A DNA stretch of 64,000 bases from Eledone cirrhosa (Eukaryota), in assembly GCA_964016885.1 (NCBI GenBank), contig OZ024742.1:299088001-299152000 (forward strand), in the 5' to 3' direction. Positions 55,001-64,000 of the stretch are shown here, in pieces. Under the pieces are notes generated by a model. The model was not told the DNA's origin. It ran no database searches and worked only from the letters and a program-made list of their open reading frames with translations. The translations under genes were made by a program, and so were the position numbers. How positions within the stretch are numbered: the stretch's first letter is position 1; each line of letters starts with the position of its first letter.

Positions 55001-55758
55001 TGTGCAGAGGATTTACGCAGACTAGAGAGAAACGAAGCTTGCATGCTCCGCTGGATGTGTAATAGTAATATACGTGAACGGCAAAGCATAAACGAACTAA
55101 GGAAAAAATTAGAAATAAGAGGGATCAGATGTTGTTTACTCGAGAGAAGGCTACGTTGGTATGGTCACGTGATGCGCATGAAGGACGATAGCTGTATAAC
55201 AAAGTGCAGGGCAATAAAGATAGACGGTAGCCACGGAATAGGCAGACCCAGAAAAACCTGGGACGAGCTGATAAATTCCGACCTCACACACTTACACCTC
55301 ACGAAGACAATGTCACTGGACCGAGACCTTTGGCGGTACTTAGTAATAGAGAAGACCCGCCTTACCTAAATACAAAGTAAAACCTACTACAGTCAGTAGG
55401 CATCTCTAACAAAACACACCCCCATCCCACCCACCCCACCCCATCCACACCGCGCCTTTCAATGTAAAGTTATGTTGGTACCACAACATCCAGGCCGAAA
55501 CAAATGAGATCGTGTAGGTGTCACGTCAAAAAACACACAGTTCACGCTGTAATGTGGCCGTGTAGGCAACACGGTAAAAACCTCCCAGCCCCACACTGTA
55601 AATGTGGTTGGTGTTAGGAAGGGCATACAGCTGTAGAAAACCCGCCAGATAGTCCTATGCGAGCAAGATAACCACTCTTGCCTCAAGTGGGAAAACCCCC
55701 GTCCAAACCCATGCAAGCGTGGAGCATGGACGTTAAACGATGATGATGATGATGATGA
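52100..55758 (+). mobile_element. Near full-length RTE-clade LINE
   Basis: Single APE-RT ORF, 3'UTR and (GAT)n tail running into (TA)n. The 5' boundary is uncertain (may extend to about 51680). Confidence 0.95.
52266..55369 (+). pseudogene. RTE ORF (APE endonuclease - RT - PHD-like finger), interrupted by one frameshift at about 52530
   Basis: Frame 1: GTLNVGTL...CIQETRW...GLGGV. Frame 2: MVSEKW...AGDLNGH...VDYIL...FVDLEKAFD...GVHQGSVVSP...LYADD...CSVC..LCPKCKVWVHKRC...CGRC...YLG...GRPRKTW. Removing 2 nt in ggagtag(ca)gaatcatg restores GGVGIMVSEKW. Confidence 0.9.
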
Positions 55759-55845
<87 letters not shown>

Positions 55846-56227
55846 GTTTCATTTATACACTCAGACGTGGTGGTATGATATTTCCAGTGTTTGTGTAACC
55901 TTCATTGATGTTTAAAGAATAACAAGACAAACATTGTTTTCTTACATAACCAGATAGTTGGAACATTAGATACTCTTCTTTTTCTTTCATACTTATCCAT
56001 TGTTTAAGATGGTATTTATGTATGGGCATACATGCATATAAACATATTACTTTTGTAAGCAAAAGGTAAATGGAAACAACAAAATGAACAAGTCAGTACA
56101 ATGAAGAAGTATATATTAATATAACACTTGATATAGTAGGAAAGGAATCTTTTCGTTTTGTGTTCATCCCACCACACACAAGCATATATAAATGTATGTA
56201 TTTATGCATGTTTATGTGTGTATGTAC

Positions 56228-56310
<83 letters not shown>

Positions 56311-56319
56311 CATATATAG

Positions 56320-56491
56320 ATGAAAATGGATGTAGTAAAAACCAGAGTACTCCATACTTGAGGTAGTAGAGTGCGGTAATATGAAAAAGTTGGGACCCCA
56401 ACTTCTGAGCTCTTGCTATTTCAACAGCTACTTTCGGAGTTCAGAATTACCTGTTGAAACAGAAAGAGCTCGGCCCTAGGGGTCCTGACTC

Positions 56492-56497
<6 letters not shown>
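56320..56497. mobile_element. Family A fold-back element (diverged); further arm-only copy at 57574-57680
   Basis: accagagtactccatacttgaggtagtagagtg...gagctcttgctatttcaacag...ctgttgaaacagaaagagctc...ggggtcctgactctttcata. Confidence 0.7.
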
Positions 56498-56587
<90 letters not shown>

Positions 56588-56592
56588 GATTA

Positions 56593-56643
<51 letters not shown>

Positions 56644-56878
56644 ATATATATATATATATTCGCAATCATGAGGGTGTGATTTCGATCCCCGGACCGGGTG
56701 ATGCATTATGTCCTTGAACAAGACACTTTATTTCACGTTGCTCCTTCTACCTGGAGTTGCAACCGATAGATAGTATTAGCGATTGTATTGACTCATAGAA
56801 ACATTGTTTCCTCGGACCAATTTGATGAAAGTCGATCGACTGACAAATATATATAAATAGACAAAATATATACATACG

Positions 56879-56909
<31 letters not shown>

Positions 56910-57142
56910 GTGTCTGATGGTAGCTAAGATGCTTCCATAGGCGGTATGCCGGTTGAGCACTCTATGCTCTTACAGAGCAGAGTATGATAGAATAGAAAAC
57001 GAAAAATCAGTGATGCATCTGAACTCAATTTATTGTGTGTTACAAATGTTACAGCTCGAGACACGATCATTGTGTGGATCTGTTTGATTCTGGACCTGCA
57101 GGTTTGATGGACACGTCTAATGATTTTGGAGTATATTCTCTC

Positions 57143-57255
<113 letters not shown>

Positions 57256-57684
57256 CATATACATTCATGCTTTTCTAAGATAACATTTTTTATTTAATAT
57301 CCAATTTCACATTTGTTGGAAGGATTACTACTTTATTCCATCAATTTGTCTTAAATCCCAGTTTTTCTTTATGGCTATTATATAAATTGTTTTGGTTTCA
57401 TTGTCATGCTCGTTTCTGCTCTCTATATGGAGAGCATTAGAAGATTTATTACTGCATCTAACAAATCAATATATTGTGTGTGCTTTAAATAAAATGTTAA
57501 AGGATACCCTATAAAAAGGAAAGATGTTTGATAAGGAAATTACAAGCACATTAAATATATATTAAATATATGTCGTCGGGGTTAAATATTTTCATATTAC
57601 CCACACTACAACCCTAAGTATTGAGTACTCTGGTGCATTATGGTCCATTTGGTTCCTTACCACACTTCCTTCATTATATATACT

Positions 57685-57790
57685 AGCTGAGGTTTACTTT
57701 GCCTTTCATCCTTACGGGGTCGATAAAATAAAGTACCAGTAATGTACTGGAATAATTGCTGGCCTTGTGCCAAAAGTAGAAACAATTATA
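57685..57790 (+). mobile_element. SINE family B 3' half, followed by a Helitron-like end hairpin (57794-57833)
   Basis: gcctttcatccttacggggtcgataaaataaagtaccag...aacaatt; then ctagcagaaaaacca-accttcgga-tggttttctgctag. Confidence 0.7.
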
Positions 57791-58819
57791 TATACTAGCA
57801 GAAAAACCAACCTTCGGATGGTTTTCTGCTAGCATGTGTAGTGTGCATATTGATATTATATGCAAATATACATGCATGGAGATATGATACATCAAATAAA
57901 ATCGTAATTGACAATATGCACAGAAATTGAACGAAGTCTGTATTACACTCGCTTATGTAATCAGTAAAGTAATCCACATTAAAATATATATATATTATAT
58001 ATAAACTGCATTAGGAGAAAAATTAGTGACGGAACTAACCGGAAGTGTTGACATTTGAAAATTTTAAAGAAGTGAATCTTTAAATAAGCAATAAAATATA
58101 TTTAATCAAGAGTTACGAAATTTAGTAGATAAATTATGTAATATTCATTCATTATTTATTCAAAGTAATCCAACTTATTTTACAAACGGGATAAAACACT
58201 CCTTTCTTTATTATAGTTAAGATATATATATACAGATGTGTATATTTATATATATATATGTGTGTGTATACATAAATGGTGGTTGTCTACTCGCTTTCAC
58301 ATTTGATGAATTTTCTGCTTATATGAAAATTATGTGCCATTGGCACCATGACAAGCTCAATAGTGACCTTTTAAACTAGCAAGTGATTTTTGTACTTACT
58401 GCGCATCCAAGAGAAATGCACCATGCTCACCAACATCCAGTTTATTCACATGGCACTTTATGCGTTACTTGGACCTGTATACTTTACAACACACATGGTA
58501 AGTTTTGGTTGTACCATTAACTTGCAGACTTTTGTTTTCCTTCTCCACGACTCTTTAAATGTCTTCTTTACCTGGCTTTAGACAAAACAATTCAACTACA
58601 AACTGGTCATATCAACTCTTTATATCCTCAGAAAGCCGAATATCACCCATTCTGCCCTTTTCAGCTTTTTCATGCTCTTTACGTTTTCACTCGTAATTCT
58701 GCAACCCCTCATACAGATATTTCCTCCATAAAACCCTATCACAAGCAACCGTTTCACAGTTGTTCAGTACGATACCTCGTCATTTCCAGTTATTTTCTTT
58801 TTGTTGTCACAAAATTGCA

Positions 58820-59300
58820 TTCTTAGGCTTACATGCAGGTCTCTTCCCTATATTTATCACAACATACAAGAATTGTTTTGGAAATTTTCTCATTCACAGG
58901 CTGAACAATGTGCTCAATCCAACATAAGCTACATTTCATAAATTGAGATTCTATGCTCATGCACTTAGCACATTGATGCACATCACTATCAGGTATAAAG
59001 CATAACCATTTCCTTCCCACAATATTTCTAAGACAGTTCTGATGAAACCTTTCTAAAGTATTTATGTGCTTCCTGTATATGATCTATGTTTCAGGGGCAT
59101 ACAGAACTGCAGTGAAAACACCAACATTATACACAGCTATTTTTATTGATAACTCTATAATGCTTGGACTACATTCCTTCCTGTAACCTTCCAAATGCTG
59201 AGCATTCTTTCCTAATTTGCAAATTCATCTCTTCATCTGGTGACCCATCTCTTGAAATTGTACTCCCTAGATAAACAAAGCCATTAACCGTATCTAGATG
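58820..59300 (-). mobile_element. Degenerate RTE/BovB-like RT C-terminal fragment
   Basis: Minus strand DTVNGFVYLGSTISRDGSPDEEMNLQIRKECSAFGR. Confidence 0.65.
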
Positions 59301-60919
59301 AACTCAAGTGAGGGACTGATTATGGAAGTTGATATTTACCGAGTCAAATAAATAATCTGCTAAATGAAAAATAGAAAATCTGTTGAACTGTCAATGAGAT
59401 GCTGAAATCTGCATTTTCAATGACGTAATACACAATGGTGTCATACCTAATGTTTGGCCTGCCCATGTACCTGATATATGGAATAATCACAACTGAACGC
59501 CTTCAAACTTAGGTCTTCGAAATGAAAACTGACCTGGATGTTAAACAAAGCCAAAATAGGTTTCATTTAAAAAACCGACACAATGAAAATATTTTACAGA
59601 AAAAAATGTTTAAAGAAAATACTTCAATTAAAATTATATTTATATAATGTTTGTAACATTAACTTTAAAAAGTAACCATTAAAATGTATTTCTCTTTAAA
59701 GTATTCCAGTCTGCAAAATATTTAGCTAACTGCAACAAGTAGTTGAACTCATGACTGAAAATAAATAAATGAATGAAACATAAAAGTTCTATCTTTGAAT
59801 TAATACTAACTGAATAAAGACTAAATATAGTCTTTCTCCATCTTACTAAAGAGTGTTTGTTATGGAATAAATGAGAAATTAATACTATTTTTTTTAAATT
59901 CCCTAACATTTTTTTTTTTTTGTAATTTTAAAATTTATTTCATAATTTAATAGAATTTATAGCCCTTTTTCCTAATTTCATATAGAGTCAGATCAGCCCT
60001 TCTTTACCCCTTCCCCTTCTGTCTATTGCTTGATTTAATTTTAATCCTTTTTTATTTATTTTTTTTCTTTCATATTTCCATCAATATTTGCAATGCTATT
60101 TACACAACTGTGATTTGGTTGACTGTAATTCTATTAAATTATACAATACTAAATTGCACTCTACTAAAGTAGGAAAAATAATTTTACACTGTTCCAAGGG
60201 AAATAACTCGTAAAAGTTATAAAATAGCAACTATGAGTTATTGTTCGTTGTTTGGCACTATTGATTTACAAATTAAATAGACAAACCAACCAGTAAGTAT
60301 ATACATAAACTAACGGATTATTGTTCCATACATGTATGTATTTTCCAATACTTACTGAAATACAGGCTATTTACTCTGTATTTACGTTTTTTCTACAGTG
60401 ATTAGCAATGTAATTACTTTTGACGATGTTTTCCGCGGTTTATTTACTAGATATCCTCACAAAACATTGGCCAATCAATGAAGACTTGTAGGATTAACCC
60501 TTTAGTATTTACATTATTCTATATTTACTGTTGTATTTTTGTGGTAAAAGCTTTACCTCACACAATTATCTCACATAATATCAAATCTATGAGATTTTGA
60601 TATTTATTTTGAGAACAATACCTTAACGTCAGTATGAGTAACCAGTAACGGCCAGTTTGAACAGAAACAGGTGAGAAAATTCTGGCCGGATACAGCCATA
60701 GTCGTGGGGTGTAATCACAACACATACTTTTTTGGCAACTGATGGTCCGGCTCCTCTTTTTATGGGGAGAAAATTATAAATTGAATGGAAAATTGAATTT
60801 CCCATGGCTCGTCAAACTGACATCCAAGTTTGGAGGTTAACAAGTGATATTAGAATTAATTATAGACATTTAAACATGGACAAAATAACGAAGTAAAAAT
60901 GTGCAAAGTTGACGTATAT

Positions 60920-61435
60920 TAGAGAGAGATGGGGAGAAGGAAAGATGAGAGAAAGATGGAAAGAAGAGAGAATGAGAGAAATAGCGATAGTCAGGCAGAC
61001 AGAGAGTGAGATAAAAGAGAGAGGAGGGAGAGGAAGAGAGTAAAAAAAAGAAAGTGAATGTTAGATCATGTATGTTAGAAAGAAAGTGTGGGGGGGGGGT
61101 ATGAAAGAGAGGGAGGGATTGAACGTGCAAGACAGAGAAGGAGGAAAGGATGAGAAAAGAAAGAATAAAAAACAGTGGGAGCGGGTGAGGGGATAACGAC
61201 AGGGAAGATGACACAGAAAGAGAGAGAGAAAGTGTGTGTGTGTCTGTGTGTAAGAGAGAGAGAGTGTGTGTGTGTGTGTGTCTGTCTGTGTGTAAGGGAG
61301 AGAGTGTGTGTGTCTGTGTGTAAGAGAGAGAGAGTGTGTGTGTGTGTGTGTCTGTGTGTAAGAGAGAGTGTGTGTGTGTGTGTGTCTGTGTGTAAGAGAG
61401 AGTGTGTGTGTGTGTGTGTAAGAGAGACAGAAAGA
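60920..61435. repeat. GA-rich low complexity plus compound minisatellite (gtgtgtctgtgtgtaagagagag)n
   Basis: About 7 units visible at 61215-61430. Confidence 0.85.
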
Positions 61436-63011
61436 AGAATAGGGGGTTAAATGAGAAACATTTGTATTTCACAGTGTTTAAATAACAGAAGTTTTTTTCT
61501 CCAAATGTGAAAATAAGAAATCATTTCAAATTGAAAATTGCTTTAGGAATTGAATTGGAAAATAATTACAGGCAAACGAAAGATTTACTGCACGTAATCG
61601 CAAAACCTTCGAGAAATAGCTGACAAATCTCTCTCTACCTCATCTTAAATAAGGTCACATTGAATAATGAGGTCTTTGGTGTACTGTGTATGAGGAAAAT
61701 GTGGAGTAGTCACGACTGGAATGCTTTTTATATTATATCTGATTGCACAATACTGACACTGGAGCTAAACAACCGTGATTAAACTACGTATTTCTATAAT
61801 ACGATTCTGTGTATATAAGGGAGATAATTATCGAAAATAAGTATAGAAAATAATTGCTGCTGACTAAAATGATTGCATTCTTCTATATGAAATATTATCT
61901 ACGTAATGCGATAAGAAGATCGAAAAATATTCATTGATAACTTTTACCGTATCATCGATTGATTCTTAACAAAGCAGCTTCTACTTTGAAAATATTAGTT
62001 CCTTAAGTTCGTATCAAAGAGAGTTACTTCCCCGAAATAAATGACCATAGTGAAAATGTCTGCTACGCACTAAATCAATAATTCCCTGTTTTGTCGCAGA
62101 TTCTTTATAGAATGCTCTAAATATCCCGAATCCGAAGCTATATTTGACAAACCATCCTCACCATGTTAATTTGAATAAGACATTAAATTGAACAAAAAAT
62201 GTTTTAATGGATGATTTAATTCGAACACACACATACACATACACACACACAAACAAACACACACACACACACACACACAAACACACACGTACACATATAT
62301 ATATATAAATCCTTACGACCCCCAAGAATAAGTGGGCGAAGAAGAATTGTGTGTATATATGTATGTATGTACGTACGTATGTATGTACCTGTGTGTATGT
62401 GTGTGTGATGTATTTTTTTTTTGTGTGTATGTGGACAACATTTCTCGCCGGTTCTAGAGGTTGTGTATGAGGTTATTGCATTCGTAAGCGGGTCGAAGTA
62501 AAAGGAAACACTGATCCTTAATTGTTAGATGAATTTCTGATGAATGGCAGATTCTAGTAACCATATAGGAGCTGGGAATAGTAGCATAATATAAAGATTA
62601 CTACTGACTTAGTGAACCTAAGATCATGAAATCAATCGACAGCATGGCGTTGTGTTCTTGAGTAAGATATTTATTTCCCATTGCTTCATTCCACACAGCT
62701 GGAAAACATTAGTTGTGCATGCATTTCAAAAGGCCAGCCTTGTCACACATTGTGACAGGTTGTATCTCCCTGAGAATTATGTTAGGGTTGCACAAGTCTG
62801 TGTGGAATGCTCAGTCACTTACACGTTAATTACACGAACAGGCTGTTCAATTGATCAAACAACTAGAGAGACATGTCGTCAGAACCGATGCAGCTCCATC
62901 ACATCAGTTGTTTAATTTTTGGTAGATAACCTATTCCATGTATATTTAAATATTTTAAATTCAGAGTGATCAATTTAGAAGGATCGGAAACACATATTAG
63001 TACATAATAAC

Positions 63012-63304
63012 CAGAGTTGCATTTAGACTTTTTGGGCCCAGGGCATTTCAGGTATGGGTACCCCTCATACACAAAAAATATTAGCATACACAGCCCCCCT
63101 CCCCCCAATTTTACATAACAAAGTTAGCTTGGCACAAGTACTTGGAAATGAAAAGTTATACAGACAGGTATTAAATTCAAACGATCTAACCCTCCTAAAA
63201 CTAAAAGACCCAGCTGAGGGTACAAATAAATTTCTACCGCCATCGCTTGTGGAGTCTCTCACTGCAGGGGGCCCGAGGCAACCCCCACATTAAATCCAAC
63301 CCTG
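63012..63304. mobile_element. hAT-type MITE with 8-bp target-site duplication
   Basis: TIRs cagagttgcattta / taaatccaaccctg; TSD ataataac at 63004-63011 and 63305-63312. Confidence 0.8.
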
Positions 63305-63673
63305 ATAATAACATCATATGTGATAAAGAATCGTCCTCAGTTAATGAATACATCAGAGCCATGCGCAGCATATTATACTCATGAATATAAATAAACGCAC
63401 ACTGTCTTTCATTATTCCGATATCAATAAAATAAATTTTGCGATCAGTTTAATCGATTTTTCTCGGGAAGGCAACGGTTGTTAATGGTTATCGATTTCTA
63501 ATTAGCACTTTTTTTTATCAATAGATATTCGAATGTATGCTTAAGAACACACACAGCCAAACTGGGCAATAACCGTATAAGTTTCCCATGTGTGAGAAGG
63601 CCAGTATATACAATGGTCACTGCCGTTGCCTGAGAATTAAACCATGCACGGGGTCATTGTTCTAAAAGCCATG

Positions 63674-63717
<44 letters not shown>

Positions 63718-63738
63718 CGTAGAACAAATATTTATTAT

Positions 63739-63861
63739 AAGAACAGATTAAAGTTTAAGCAAATAATCTCTGCTTTCACCCTTAACAAGATCTTCTGAAC
63801 TTCTGAAGATCCCGTTAAGGGTAAAAGCAGCGATTCTTTGCTTGAACTTTAATCTGTTCTT
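63739..63861. mobile_element. Fold-back element with hammerhead-like motif
   Basis: agaacagattaaagtttaagcaaa...gatcttc-tgaacttct-gaagatc...tttgcttgaactttaatctgttct. Arm consensus CTGAAGA-tccc[gttaa]gggt-GAAA. Confidence 0.65.
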
Positions 63862-64000
63862 TTAATACATATATATATATAAGGAAAAGAAATCGAATAT
63901 GCGACTGGAGTATTTTTAAGAATATTTATTTATTTCCTTTACCCGTTTTACAGCTCTTATGCTTTTCAAAAGTATAATTGAGATGGAGGGTTTGTGGTAT

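Noticed and set aside
53106-55089. Series of minus-strand ORFs (also + strand ORFs at 50546-51331 and 47053-47850)
   Set aside because: Antisense shadows of the RTE and PLE coding frames.

Overview
AT-rich animal nuclear DNA, very rich in (TA)n/(CA)n/(GA)n microsatellites. The repeat content suggests a coleoid cephalopod, probably an octopod (inference). One convincing host exon lies on the minus strand (about 964-1462). It has a clean acceptor and donor and an ATG encoding an N-myristoylation/palmitoylation-type start (MGSCASK). The rest is upstream intron or intergenic DNA packed with transposable elements. These are a near full-length RTE LINE (APE-RT with a PHD-like finger, one 2-nt frameshift) plus truncated and older RTE copies, fragments of L1/Tx1, R4/Dong and CRE-like LINEs, Penelope-like (PLE) RT and GIY-YIG fragments of two types, several tRNA-derived SINE families, hAT- and piggyBac-type MITEs and Helitron-like ends. 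The most striking pattern is a set of more than a dozen sequence-unrelated short non-coding elements, sitting in (TA)n tracts, that carry minimal hammerhead-ribozyme motifs. Many are fold-back palindromes whose turning point lies in or right next to the ribozyme. Most ORFs in the supplied track are microsatellite or antisense artefacts. Repeat boundaries were read by eye and are approximate.
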